Of a DNA stretch of 29,574 nucleotides, positions 8,439 through 18,199 are shown piece by piece. A program made the translations under genes and the position numbers. The notes under the pieces are model-generated. The model saw only the letters and a list, made by a program, of their open reading frames with translations. It did no database searches and was not told the DNA's origin. Each line of letters opens with the position of its first letter. Position 1 is the stretch's first letter. The stretch is from a virus (lineage: Duplodnaviria; Caudoviricetes), in the IMG/VR virus record IMGVR_UViG_3300012936_000104, positions 1 through 29,574 of that record. One strand, written 5' to 3'.

Positions 8439-8665
8439 AACTTGACACTAAAGAAAGTACAAGGGATAAAGAAAAGTTAGAGGTAGAACAAACCATTAAT
8501 GTATTCAAGTACGATACAGTGAAACAGTGTATTGATACTATTTTGACTGAACAGGGTCCTGAAGACGGAGCATTGGGTCTATACGCGTCTGACGTGTCTT
8601 TACCGTTTAAGTTTGCGTTTAACACCCTAATAAATTATGAGATTTTAAGAAAATACGATGAGTAA
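8372..8665 (+). CDS. Hypothetical small acidic protein
   Basis: 97-aa ORF overlapping both neighbours, in the same direction as the operon. Confidence 0.7.
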   Translation: MVEIFGEYYYIDLDKINEKCEIKLDTKESTRDKEKLEVEQTINVFKYDTVKQCIDTILTEQGPEDGALGLYASDVSLPFKFAFNTLINYEILRKYDE

Positions 8666-9728
8666 CACAAAAGAAAACTTAAAAAAATTAGAATCCGCAC
8701 TTAGTCGGTTAGGTAACAAAGAAAATAAAATATATTTTTTAACCTATGATACTAAGAACAATGCAAGGGCGGCAATCAAGTACATCTATGATACTGTGGA
8801 AACACTTAGAAAAGATGGGTATGATGCTAAAATACTTGTAGAAGACAATAAATATATTGGTGTAAAATCATGGTTAGGGGACAGATATTCTGATATCCCA
8901 ATCGTAACAATTAAAGAGGACCAAATACAAATGGAACTTGATGATGTTATTGTTGTACCCGAGTTTTATTCAAATGTTTTAGAACAACTTGCAAATATAA
9001 AATGTACCAAAGTTATGTTGATACAACAGACCGAGTACATATTTGAAACATTACCTGTTGGAGCAAGATGGAGAGATTACGGTTTTGACAAAGTAATTAC
9101 CACAACCGAAAGTTCAAAAGAATATCTTAAAAGTATATTCCCTGAAGCATTAATCTACGTTAACCCTCCGAAGATAGGTGATAACTTTAAACCTTCTGAA
9201 AATCCCGCAAAACCATTTATTGCAATTAGTGCAAGAGATAGGGGACAACACAGGAGAGTTATATCAGAATTCTACTTAAGGTACCCACAATTAAGATGGA
9301 TTACTTTTAAGGATATGGTACAAATGACTTATGAGGAATTCTCTGATCAACTTAGAGAATGTATATGTTCCGTTTGGATGGACGACGATTCTACTTTTGG
9401 AACATTCCCATTAGAATCAATGAAATCTGAAGTACCTGTAATCGGAAAGATACCAACTAGAGAACCTGAATGGATAGGTGAGAATGGTATTTGGACTTAT
9501 GATATCAATAAAATTGTTGAATTGATTGGTACGTATGTCTTGGCATGGTTAGATGGAATAACAATAAAAGACGATGTCAAAGAAAAAATGAGAGAATCAT
9601 TAGTTCCTTATACTGATGATATAATCGATAACAATATACTTTCAATATTTAACTCTTTGAAAAACTCAAGAGTAAAACTTATTGAGGAGGCATTGGATAA
9701 ATACAAAGAAGAAGAAGTAACAGCATGA
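8658..9728 (+). CDS. Glycosyltransferase, GT-B fold
   Basis: DVIVVPE in the N-domain and DDSTFGTFPLESMKSEVPVIG (the E.FG.p.lEAm..g.PVI GT4 signature). Confidence 0.8.
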   Translation: MSNTKENLKKLESALSRLGNKENKIYFLTYDTKNNARAAIKYIYDTVETLRKDGYDAKILVEDNKYIGVKSWLGDRYSDIPIVTIKEDQIQMELDDVIVVPEFYSNVLEQLANIKCTKVMLIQQTEYIFETLPVGARWRDYGFDKVITTTESSKEYLKSIFPEALIYVNPPKIGDNFKPSENPAKPFIAISARDRGQHRRVISEFYLRYPQLRWITFKDMVQMTYEEFSDQLRECICSVWMDDDSTFGTFPLESMKSEVPVIGKIPTREPEWIGENGIWTYDINKIVELIGTYVLAWLDGITIKDDVKEKMRESLVPYTDDIIDNNILSIFNSLKNSRVKLIEEALDKYKEEEVTA

Positions 9729-10513
9729 AAAATATAACAGTAATACTACCAATTCACACTATAGACGGTGATTATGGTGAAATGTTAACTAAAGCGGTCG
9801 AATCAGTGGAACAATTCCATGATGATGTGATTTTAAACATCGTTGGACCAAAAGACGTTGTCGGTTCATTAACTAAAGAGGGTTTATCCGATAAATTAGA
9901 TATTACACTCACAATAAACAAAGGAGATACTGGTTTTTGTTCACAAGTGAACTTAGGTATTGAAAAATGTAAAACTGAATGGTTTTCCATTTTAGAAATT
10001 GATGATGTGTATACAGATAATTGGTTGAGATCTTTTGAAACATACAAAAACTCATTTGGTGAAGACATCGATGTTTTTTTGACTGTAGTTAAAGATGTAA
10101 ACACTGAAGGTAAATTATTAAACTTTACAAATGAGTCTGTATGGGCTTATGGTTTCACAGAAACTCAAGGTCTTTTGAATAACGAAGTTCTTTTAGACTA
10201 TCAAAATTACCAAACAAGTGGTGGTTTTTACAAAACAGAAGTGGTAAAGTCTAATGGGTCTTTTAAAGACAACATCAAACTAACTTTTAGTTACGAGTTT
10301 TTATTAAGATTGACACACAATGGTGTGAAAATCGCGGTCATCCCACAAACGGGATATAAACACGTTAATTTTAGAGAGGGATCATTGTTTTGGAATTATA
10401 AAAACAGTGAAGAGGACAAACTTAAAACTAAAGAAGCACAGTTTTGGTTAGAAACAGCAAAGAAAGAATTCTTTTTCAAAAATAAACGAGAAGTAGAATA
10501 TGTAGAAAATTAA
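9725..10513 (+). CDS. Glycosyltransferase family 2 (GT-A)
   Basis: ITVILPIH, AVESV, N.G..GFCSQVNLGI, WFSILEIDDVY (DxD region) and YEFLLRL. Confidence 0.85.
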   Translation: MKNITVILPIHTIDGDYGEMLTKAVESVEQFHDDVILNIVGPKDVVGSLTKEGLSDKLDITLTINKGDTGFCSQVNLGIEKCKTEWFSILEIDDVYTDNWLRSFETYKNSFGEDIDVFLTVVKDVNTEGKLLNFTNESVWAYGFTETQGLLNNEVLLDYQNYQTSGGFYKTEVVKSNGSFKDNIKLTFSYEFLLRLTHNGVKIAVIPQTGYKHVNFREGSLFWNYKNSEEDKLKTKEAQFWLETAKKEFFFKNKREVEYVEN

Positions 10514-11214
10514 TGCCGAGAAAGCGAACCCAAAAAATGTACTTTGGGGAGGAGCAAGAACAAGCGGTAGTACGATATTTAGAATCCGAAAACGAAGAAG
10601 AAAAGAATAAGATATTCAATGAATATTTAAGAGAACCTCTCAGAATAATGGTGGAAAGTATAATCCGTCGTTATAAATTATATAGAAAAGACAAAGAATT
10701 TATAGAAATTCACACTGATACTATGTCATTTTTAATGACTAAGATCAGTAAGTTCGATACAACTAAGAATTACAAAGCGTATTCCTATTTTGGTACGATC
10801 TGTAAAAATTACCTTATGGGTGCAATACAGAAAGACCAAAAAGAACAGAATAGATCTGTTTCCTATGAAGATATATCCTCAAGGATAGAAGATAGGGCGG
10901 ATCTTTCTTACATTATAGATGAAGAAATCATCGATTATAAAGACGTAGTTAATAAACTAACAACAGAACTCGAAATTTTTGTTGAAGAACAAGAATTAAA
11001 CGAGAATGAAAAGAAGTTAGGTTACGCACTCATAGAAGTCTTTTCTAATTTCGAAAAAGTATTTCAAATTGGTGAAGGTAACAAGTTTAATAAAAACTTG
11101 ATTTTATTGTCTTTAAGGGAAATGACATCTTTAACTACCAAGGAAATACGAGTAGCCATGAAGAAGTATAAGAAACTTTACGAAACACTTAAACTAGCCT
11201 TCATAGAATATTAA
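10513..11214 (+). CDS. Phage RNA polymerase sigma factor, T4 gp55-like (late)
   Basis: KISKFDTTKNYKAYSYFGTICKNYL resembles sigma region 2 (FD..K....f.Yft.i..N.f); short 233-aa length; sits immediately before a late-motif operon. Confidence 0.7.
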   Translation: MPRKRTQKMYFGEEQEQAVVRYLESENEEEKNKIFNEYLREPLRIMVESIIRRYKLYRKDKEFIEIHTDTMSFLMTKISKFDTTKNYKAYSYFGTICKNYLMGAIQKDQKEQNRSVSYEDISSRIEDRADLSYIIDEEIIDYKDVVNKLTTELEIFVEEQELNENEKKLGYALIEVFSNFEKVFQIGEGNKFNKNLILLSLREMTSLTTKEIRVAMKKYKKLYETLKLAFIEY

Positions 11215-11221
11215 ACATTAA

Positions 11222-11228
11222 TATTTAT
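11222..11228 (+). promoter_or_regulatory. Putative late promoter motif TATTTAT
   Basis: 4 nt upstream of ATG 11233. Confidence 0.65.
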
Positions 11229-11232
11229 AGTT

Positions 11233-11619
11233 ATGAGAAGAAAAAAGAATATACTATCGTTCGATACCGATTCTGCATTGTCTCTCATGCAAGAAATTTA
11301 CAATGATATTGTAGAGCAGAAACAAACTGCGAGTATGATAACAAAAAAGATGTTAAGTTTCATGAAAGAGGCAGAGGATATGAGTGTAATCGGACCAGTT
11401 ATCAAAGAACAACAAAAAATACTCAATGATTGTACTGAAAAGAAAATATCATTAGTAAAGTTACAAAGTGCCATAATGAAACAATCAGGTACAGGTACCT
11501 CATCACAAAGTGGTGGTAAATTAGATTTAACTGAAGAAGATAGAATCTTACTTGAGAAATTAATGAAAGAAGATGACGAACCTTCTTCAGAATCTGACAC
11601 CAAAAATTATAAAATGTAA
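11233..11619 (+). CDS. Hypothetical helical protein (possibly small terminase-like)
   Basis: 128-aa predicted helical ORF, first gene after a late motif; the function is a guess from size and character only. Confidence 0.6.
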   Translation: MRRKKNILSFDTDSALSLMQEIYNDIVEQKQTASMITKKMLSFMKEAEDMSVIGPVIKEQQKILNDCTEKKISLVKLQSAIMKQSGTGTSSQSGGKLDLTEEDRILLEKLMKEDDEPSSESDTKNYKM

Positions 11620-13523
11620 TGAGTAAGGTTAGTACACTTAGAAATAAAATCAAATCCAAGATAGAGGTAATTAAGAAGATTAATGATAATCCAAAATTAA
11701 CCTCCGATAACTTGTACGATCTTTATGGTGAAGGTGTAACTAACGTAGATAAACTATTACAAAGTAAAATAGGTGGTCTAACATCTAAATTCAGTAAGAA
11801 AAGTAATGAAAATAAAGAAAACATATTTGGGTCATTAATTGACACCGCATCAGGTTTTCTTAATTCAAAATCAAATGACATACAAGTTGGTGATAAATTA
11901 ATCACAGGAAACAAAATCAAAAAATACGCATTACAATCTGCAGACAAAACACTCAAGTCGGGTAAACAAATAGTACAAGACAGTGTGAAGGAAGTTTTAT
12001 TTGTAGATTCTGATACAAGTATTTGTGGTGTTGAAACATTGATGCCAAATGATTCTATGATAATTAAACCAAAGGAGATTGATTTCCTCGAAATGTTACA
12101 AAACGAACCAAATTCAAAAATTGGTCAGATCATGTACGAGGCACCTTCACCATCTTATGGAACAACAAAAATGAATAGAGATCTTTATGGGTCTTTTAAT
12201 GGTCCATATACATTTTCATCAAATCAAGGACAATCATTATTTGATATGAATTGGAATTCATCATTACAAGAATGGAATGTATCAGGTCTTCAACAAGGAG
12301 GGGGTAATAGTATACCTAAGGTTGGTGATTTTGTATCACAGTACTACGACTCAATAGAAAGTCCTGATTTAAGTTACATTATCAAAACAAGTATGTTAAT
12401 GACTCTTCAAGGTGATGGTGAAAACCCACAAATATTTGATGAGGCGATTAACGATCTTAATAGACTATGTAATAAATTATTTAAAATATGTGGTCAGGAA
12501 GAACAAAGTAATCTAATACAAACCACAAGTCAACAATTCTCAGAAAATGATTTAGATGTAGAGTCTTACTTTGATTTTGCAGACGTGGAAGGAATTGATT
12601 TAGATGATGAGGACGCTAGATTTAGAAAAGTTTTAAGGTTTGTGGATTGTGGTAATTTTGAAGTACCATCTTCCTCTTCAAATTTTGAAGATTTTGTAAT
12701 TCTATCTCAAAATGGAAATTTAGATCAATTAGTAAATAATACATTAGAAGATGCAGCAAGAAACGCATTATTGAATTCAGATAGTGATCCAAAATTAATT
12801 GATAATATAAATCTTGAACTGATAAACCTTTTTATTTTAAATGTCCCGAAAGCAATTGTAAGTGCGTATTTAGGTCCTAAGATATTTTTACCCTTAGTTA
12901 TTGCATGGAAACAATTATCAAACTTTGCAGGTACTGTTAAAGATCTATTGAAACAGTTCTACAAACTATTCTACAAGATAATCAAAAACGTATTTTGGAA
13001 ATTTATAGAGGAATTTTGGCAACTGATCAAGAGAGATTTATTGGCGTTTGTAACGGCAATTGTTGCAAAAATATTGTTGAATAAATACAAAAGATATGTA
13101 ACCATATTAACGTCATTAATTAGTCTTATAAGAAGAATATTGGCGATGGGTATAAAAAGTTGTGCGGATTTATTCAGTGCCGTGATAGACTTAATCAATA
13201 CAGCATTAAGGGTCGGTGGTCCAAGTGTAAACATACCAGGAGTCTTATTAGGACTCTCTGATTTCTTACCTGGTTATAGTGCAGATAGAGCGTTTATGAA
13301 CGCAACCGAAAGAATGTCAGCGTCAGGTCTAAATACGGGACCTGTTTATGGTGAACCGAATGAAATGGTTACAATGGTAAAAAGTATTATTGATGGAAAT
13401 CAAGAAGAAATTGATACTAACTCTTTTGTTAAAGTAGGAAATAAAATGATAACCGTACCAACACCTGTTGGGCCGATAGTTATTCCACCAGGTATTATTA
13501 ATAGTGCAGGTAAAATTTTATAA
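11619..13523 (+). CDS. Large hypothetical structural (baseplate/tail-associated) protein
   Basis: 634-aa ORF upstream of the gp5-like gene, with a hydrophobic/amphipathic helical segment around aa 400-530. Confidence 0.65.
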   Translation: MSKVSTLRNKIKSKIEVIKKINDNPKLTSDNLYDLYGEGVTNVDKLLQSKIGGLTSKFSKKSNENKENIFGSLIDTASGFLNSKSNDIQVGDKLITGNKIKKYALQSADKTLKSGKQIVQDSVKEVLFVDSDTSICGVETLMPNDSMIIKPKEIDFLEMLQNEPNSKIGQIMYEAPSPSYGTTKMNRDLYGSFNGPYTFSSNQGQSLFDMNWNSSLQEWNVSGLQQGGGNSIPKVGDFVSQYYDSIESPDLSYIIKTSMLMTLQGDGENPQIFDEAINDLNRLCNKLFKICGQEEQSNLIQTTSQQFSENDLDVESYFDFADVEGIDLDDEDARFRKVLRFVDCGNFEVPSSSSNFEDFVILSQNGNLDQLVNNTLEDAARNALLNSDSDPKLIDNINLELINLFILNVPKAIVSAYLGPKIFLPLVIAWKQLSNFAGTVKDLLKQFYKLFYKIIKNVFWKFIEEFWQLIKRDLLAFVTAIVAKILLNKYKRYVTILTSLISLIRRILAMGIKSCADLFSAVIDLINTALRVGGPSVNIPGVLLGLSDFLPGYSADRAFMNATERMSASGLNTGPVYGEPNEMVTMVKSIIDGNQEEIDTNSFVKVGNKMITVPTPVGPIVIPPGIINSAGKIL

Positions 13524-13525
13524 TT

Positions 13526-13723
13526 ATGGATGTAAAAAAAATTCAAGATGTTGTAGAAAACCCCCAAGACAAATCCAATAAGGATTTAGGTGAATGTGAA
13601 AAATTCTTATATGTGGAGTTTGAAAAAACAAAAGATCAAATAGTAACACTTACAAGATATTTGGACAAAATAGAATCGTCCTATAATTTAATAAACGAAG
13701 AACTTTCAAAAAGATATAAATAA
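13526..13723 (+). CDS. Small coiled-coil hypothetical protein
   Basis: 65-aa ORF that exactly fills the gap; TAATG-coupled to the next gene. Confidence 0.7.
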   Translation: MDVKKIQDVVENPQDKSNKDLGECEKFLYVEFEKTKDQIVTLTRYLDKIESSYNLINEELSKRYK

Positions 13724-15213
13724 TGTCAATAATCTCTTTAGCGATAGTCACTGATAATGGTGATCCAAAAGGTATAGGTAGAGTACGTATCAAACCTAAA
13801 GGGATGATGACAGGTGATGTTGAACGCGCAATTGACTATGATTTGTGGAGTGAAAAAGATCCTTTTGTTGCGAATCCCTTTCTACCAACTAACTTAAATT
13901 TTGTACCTGAATTAGGACAAACAGTAAAATTACTTACATATGATCCTGATAATCCACTAATAAATAGAGAATACATTTCGGGTCCATTTACAACAACACA
14001 TGATTTTAATTCTCAAATAGGGACGAGACAAGTAGAAAATACCTCATATGGTAATGTAGTAAAAAAAATGAAAGATATATTCACCAAAGACGGTGTGTAT
14101 GTCAAAGAAAAGTCTGAAGGAAGTATTGCAAAAAAAGAGGACTATGCAATTTATGGTAAATATGGTTCAGACATATTATTCACTCAAGATGGGATTAACT
14201 TAAGGGGTGGTAAATTACTTAGTAAAGATGCGGCAAGTGATAAGGAAAAAGTTGATATAGTCAACTTCCCTATCATGTCTGATAAAATCTCTCTATTATC
14301 ATTGAAAAAATTCGGTGTCAAACAAATGTTTGAAGAAGTAGAGGAAGTAACTAAAGAACTACCAATTAAAAAATTACAGTACGTTGTCGAATATATGGTT
14401 GATAGTGTGAGTAGTCCATCGTCAATATATTGGTATGTTTACGAAGTAAAAGACGTTTATGGTGATGTATTTCTTACGAGTGTTTTTAATTCAAAAACCG
14501 CAAGACCAATATCTTCATATTCAACAGCGACAAAATTAGTTAACATTGATGATACTACATCAACACCAACCTTTACACAAAGTGTAAGTTCATATGAGGA
14601 AGCGTATGTTACTATAAGAAATACGATTTGTAGATTAAGTAATGAATCTTTGAGTTCGTTTGACGGTAGATTACCTGACAAGAAATTACATCCTTTCTTT
14701 TTTAGACCATACCAAGGACTTAACGATGAAACTTTCTTAAGTAATATCAAACCTGATGGTTGTACTGCAGAAGTTTTCAATGGTGCGGGACTAATTTTTG
14801 ATTTAAATGAACCAATACCCAAAGAAAAAGAGAAAAAAAGGAAGGTAAAACGTCTAAAGACCATATCTAACAGACAAGAACAATCTTTTGGTACATTATC
14901 GTCAGATAAGATATATTTTATATCGACAGATACTAATGAAGTTGGTACAAAGTCGGTACCATTCGATAAATTAAACAAGTATGAGTTTACTCAAGAAGAT
15001 TTACTAACTAAAATTGAACCCAATACTTATGCTACAGTTAGGGGTGAGACTTTACTCGCATTTATAGATCAGTTAGTTAGAGTAGTAGCGGGTCACGCTC
15101 ATAATCCGACCAAACCTATGGTCAAAAATGGTTATCCTGATTGGGATAAATTAATGAATCTTTACCAAACTCTTGAAAATGATATACTAAATAAATCGAT
15201 TAGAATAAACTAA
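13723..15213 (+). CDS. Baseplate central spike, gp5/VgrG-like OB-fold protein
   Basis: N-terminal IVTDNGDPKGIGRVRIK...P..FVPELGQTV is the gp5 OB-fold pattern; C-terminal VRGETL...GHAHNP carries an HxH tip motif. Confidence 0.75.
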   Translation: MSIISLAIVTDNGDPKGIGRVRIKPKGMMTGDVERAIDYDLWSEKDPFVANPFLPTNLNFVPELGQTVKLLTYDPDNPLINREYISGPFTTTHDFNSQIGTRQVENTSYGNVVKKMKDIFTKDGVYVKEKSEGSIAKKEDYAIYGKYGSDILFTQDGINLRGGKLLSKDAASDKEKVDIVNFPIMSDKISLLSLKKFGVKQMFEEVEEVTKELPIKKLQYVVEYMVDSVSSPSSIYWYVYEVKDVYGDVFLTSVFNSKTARPISSYSTATKLVNIDDTTSTPTFTQSVSSYEEAYVTIRNTICRLSNESLSSFDGRLPDKKLHPFFFRPYQGLNDETFLSNIKPDGCTAEVFNGAGLIFDLNEPIPKEKEKKRKVKRLKTISNRQEQSFGTLSSDKIYFISTDTNEVGTKSVPFDKLNKYEFTQEDLLTKIEPNTYATVRGETLLAFIDQLVRVVAGHAHNPTKPMVKNGYPDWDKLMNLYQTLENDILNKSIRIN

Positions 15214-15217
15214 TAGA

Positions 15218-15224
15218 TATTTAT
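15218..15224 (+). promoter_or_regulatory. Putative late promoter motif TATTTAT
   Basis: 19 nt upstream of ATG 15244. Confidence 0.6.
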
Positions 15225-15243
15225 ATAGAAAGAGTTTTTAAAG

Positions 15244-16617
15244 ATGTCATACTTTCGTTCATATTTTGATAAAAATAATACAATAATTAAGAATAAAAAG
15301 GTTAACACCGCAAAGAACCCATCTACAGAAATTTTCTACGGGTCGGGATTCTCTAAATTCTTATTTACTGTAAACTTTGATGATCTAAAATCAAAGGTCA
15401 CTGATGGTACGTACGTTTTAGATAGTAATACTAAACATGTACTCCACATGACAAATACCATATTCGGTGATGAAACTTTTCTTGGTGCTAAAAGAGGTAC
15501 GGGTAGAGAAAGAACATCATCGTTTAAATTAATCTTATTTCAAATAACAGAATATTGGGATGAGGGTGTCGGATTTGATTATGAAGATTCGGGGTTCGAC
15601 TTTACAACAGGAAATGATACGTTTGATGTAAGACCTTCAAACTGGTTCAATAGAACTACGTTAGATTCTTGGTCTTATGATGGTGTGTATACAAATAACC
15701 CAACCATATTATCCTCACAACAATTCGATAATGGAAACGAAAATCTTGAGATGGATATCACTTCATATGTTAATGATGTACTCACGGGTAATACCGTAAA
15801 TTACGGTTTAGGTATCGCGTTTGATCCTTTATATGAAACAATAGAACAAGAAGTAGATCAATCTGTGGCGTTCTTTACAAAATATACACAGACATTCTTT
15901 GAACCTTTTGTACAAACGACTTTTGAAGATAGAATATTAGACGACAGACAAAATTTCATTGAAAAAACAAATCAAAACTTATTTCTTTATGTAAATAAAG
16001 AAACTAATTTCTTTGACTTAGATAACATTCCGTCTGTAGATATTCTTGATTCAACACAGACACCAATCAACGGTCTGACAAACTTGACAGTTGATAAAGT
16101 AAGAAAAGGTGTTTATAGAGTAACTTTTGGTATTAATGGATTAGTTTGTGATGGGAAAAGATTTTTCTATGATGTATGGAAAGGTATTACTGTTGAAGGA
16201 AACACATTCCCTGACATTACACAAAAATTCATACCAAAACCATACTCATCTAAATTTAGTCTTGGTGAAAATCTAACAGAACTTAAAAAGTACATAGTAC
16301 AGTATTCAGGAATTCAACAGAATGAAAAGATTAAATCAGGTGAAGTTAGAAAGATTACTGCGAGATTTAGAACAATATCAGAATCGAATGACGTTCTTTT
16401 TGATGAAGTATTCTATAGAATATACATAAAAGAAGGTTCTACCCACGTAAATGTATTCGATTGGACATATTTAGATGTAACCAATGAAAACAGTTTTGTA
16501 ATTGACACATCTATTCTTATTCCAAGAGAATATTTTATCGAAATAAGAGGTATAAAACACAATGAAGAGATTTCATATAAAGATGAAATCACTTTCGAGA
16601 TTGTATCAGAAAAATAA
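15244..16617 (+). CDS. Putative virion structural protein (beta-rich)
   Basis: 457 aa, rich in aromatic and Thr residues; WDEGVGFDY and LEMDITSYV...NYGLGI patterns; late motif upstream. Confidence 0.65.
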   Translation: MSYFRSYFDKNNTIIKNKKVNTAKNPSTEIFYGSGFSKFLFTVNFDDLKSKVTDGTYVLDSNTKHVLHMTNTIFGDETFLGAKRGTGRERTSSFKLILFQITEYWDEGVGFDYEDSGFDFTTGNDTFDVRPSNWFNRTTLDSWSYDGVYTNNPTILSSQQFDNGNENLEMDITSYVNDVLTGNTVNYGLGIAFDPLYETIEQEVDQSVAFFTKYTQTFFEPFVQTTFEDRILDDRQNFIEKTNQNLFLYVNKETNFFDLDNIPSVDILDSTQTPINGLTNLTVDKVRKGVYRVTFGINGLVCDGKRFFYDVWKGITVEGNTFPDITQKFIPKPYSSKFSLGENLTELKKYIVQYSGIQQNEKIKSGEVRKITARFRTISESNDVLFDEVFYRIYIKEGSTHVNVFDWTYLDVTNENSFVIDTSILIPREYFIEIRGIKHNEEISYKDEITFEIVSEK

Positions 16618-16619
16618 AG

Positions 16620-16626
16620 TATTTAT
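16620..16626 (+). promoter_or_regulatory. Putative late promoter motif TATTTAT
   Basis: 4 nt upstream of ATG 16631. Confidence 0.6.
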
Positions 16627-16630
16627 TATT

Positions 16631-17107
16631 ATGGACTTAGACAAAATAATTAAGAATCATTTAAAACAATTAAAGGAAGGAATTACTACTGAAGGTGGAT
16701 CAACACCTAATTATATGTTCTTTAGTAATCTAAAACAAATTCACAGACAATGTGAGATATTATTAAATTTAGATAAAAGAGTTATTGATCATATTCTAAT
16801 AAATGGTCACGATTGGGCTGATGACCACGTTAGTGTTGCTAAAGAAAATATGGATCAAGTATTAGATTTTCTTATGAACAAGACTGAAGATGATGTTCAT
16901 GATGAGATACACGAGGGTAAGAAGAAAAAGAAAAAGAAGAAGAATACTTTGTGTTCAAGAGGTATATCCGCAGCAAAATCTAAATTTGATGTTTACCCAA
17001 GTGCATACGCTAATGGTTACGCAGTACAAGTGTGTAAAGGAAAAATTAAAGGATTAGACGGTAAGAAACGTTGTTCGGGTTCTTATTGTAGAAAGAAAAA
17101 GAAGTAA
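16631..17107 (+). CDS. Hypothetical two-module protein with Lys-rich, Cys-containing C-terminal module
   Basis: Start revised from 16562 to ATG 16631 (removes the overlap, follows the motif); DWADDH module, K9 tract, then a FDVYPSAYANGYAVQVCKG module. Confidence 0.75.
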   Translation: MDLDKIIKNHLKQLKEGITTEGGSTPNYMFFSNLKQIHRQCEILLNLDKRVIDHILINGHDWADDHVSVAKENMDQVLDFLMNKTEDDVHDEIHEGKKKKKKKKNTLCSRGISAAKSKFDVYPSAYANGYAVQVCKGKIKGLDGKKRCSGSYCRKKKK

Positions 17108-18198
17108 TGAAAGTACAGTGTAAAGGTTGTGATTGGAATTGGGATTTATCCAAAGGTGGTGATGATCCATACGTATGCCACAAATGTGGGAAAGACAATA
17201 CAGATCTTTACATTCAAAAAATACGAGTAAGTAAAGAAGACCAACAATACATTAACGAGTGTCTTGAAAGTGGGGAGGTTCTGAAAGAAGACCTTGGAAG
17301 ATGGTTTAAGGAAAAATGGGTTGACGTTTCAAGAAAAATTGATGGTAAACATCCACCGTGTGGTCGTAAAGACGCGGACGGTGATAAAAAAAGAAAAGGT
17401 TACCCTAAATGTAGACCGTCAAAAAAAGTCAGTAAGAAAACACCTAAAACTTCAGGTTCTTACAGTAAGAAACAAAAGAAAAAAATGACGAGACAAAAAA
17501 GACGTGCGGAAAGGAAAAGTAACAAAGTAGGAAAAGGAAACACACCAACATACACAAGTATTGATGAGAGAAGAATTATCTCATTAGTTTTTAACAATTT
17601 AGAACAACAAAAATTGAACATACAAAAACCTAAACTTAATTTGGTTAACGAATCAAAGATATTAAGTGAGGGGTTACAATATCATATGGACAATAACCTA
17701 CCAATCGTTGAGAACGTGTATAGGATCTATTCTAACGAGTTCTTTAACATTTACAATGAAGTACGTCAGTTAGTGGAAGATAATGTCTTAGAAGTCTCAG
17801 GAATTGATTTAGACCTAATTAAAACTGATATTGGAAAAACAGGAATGTATGAAGGTGAGGAGGTATATTTAGATATTCCTTTTATAGAAAATCAAGATGA
17901 ACACTTACTTGAGGCCAAACATAGAGGTAGAAATGTTAAGTTAAATAAACCATTTAGAACATCTGGCGGTCCAAAGAAATTCGCAGTATATGTAAAAACA
18001 CCTAAGGGAACAATTAAAAAAGTGACTTTTGGTGATCCAAACTTAAAAGTAAGAAATAACAACGCCGCTGCCGCAAGATCATTTAGAGCACGACATAAGT
18101 GTAGTGAAAAGAAAGATCGTACCAAAGCAGGATATTGGAGTTGTAATATTGCAAGATACCGTAAAGCATTAGGTATAAAATCTTCTAATCCTTGGTAG
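17107..18198 (+). CDS. Multi-module basic phage protein (Zn-ribbon plus three modules)
   Basis: CKGC...CHKC N-terminus; RWFKEKWVD...CGR...YPKCRP; EGLQYHM...; KKFAVYVK...FGDP...SFRARHKC...AGYWSC. Confidence 0.8.
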   Translation: MKVQCKGCDWNWDLSKGGDDPYVCHKCGKDNTDLYIQKIRVSKEDQQYINECLESGEVLKEDLGRWFKEKWVDVSRKIDGKHPPCGRKDADGDKKRKGYPKCRPSKKVSKKTPKTSGSYSKKQKKKMTRQKRRAERKSNKVGKGNTPTYTSIDERRIISLVFNNLEQQKLNIQKPKLNLVNESKILSEGLQYHMDNNLPIVENVYRIYSNEFFNIYNEVRQLVEDNVLEVSGIDLDLIKTDIGKTGMYEGEEVYLDIPFIENQDEHLLEAKHRGRNVKLNKPFRTSGGPKKFAVYVKTPKGTIKKVTFGDPNLKVRNNNAAAARSFRARHKCSEKKDRTKAGYWSCNIARYRKALGIKSSNPW

Positions 18199-18199
18199 T

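Noticed and set aside
14457-14978. 173-aa minus-strand ORF inside the spike gene
   Set aside because: Fully antisense to a well-supported gene, with no recognisable motif or promoter.
16562-16630. Longer ORF-track starts at 16562, 779 and 6369
   Set aside because: They overlap upstream genes or the promoter motif; ATGs at 16631, 806 and 6417 fit better.
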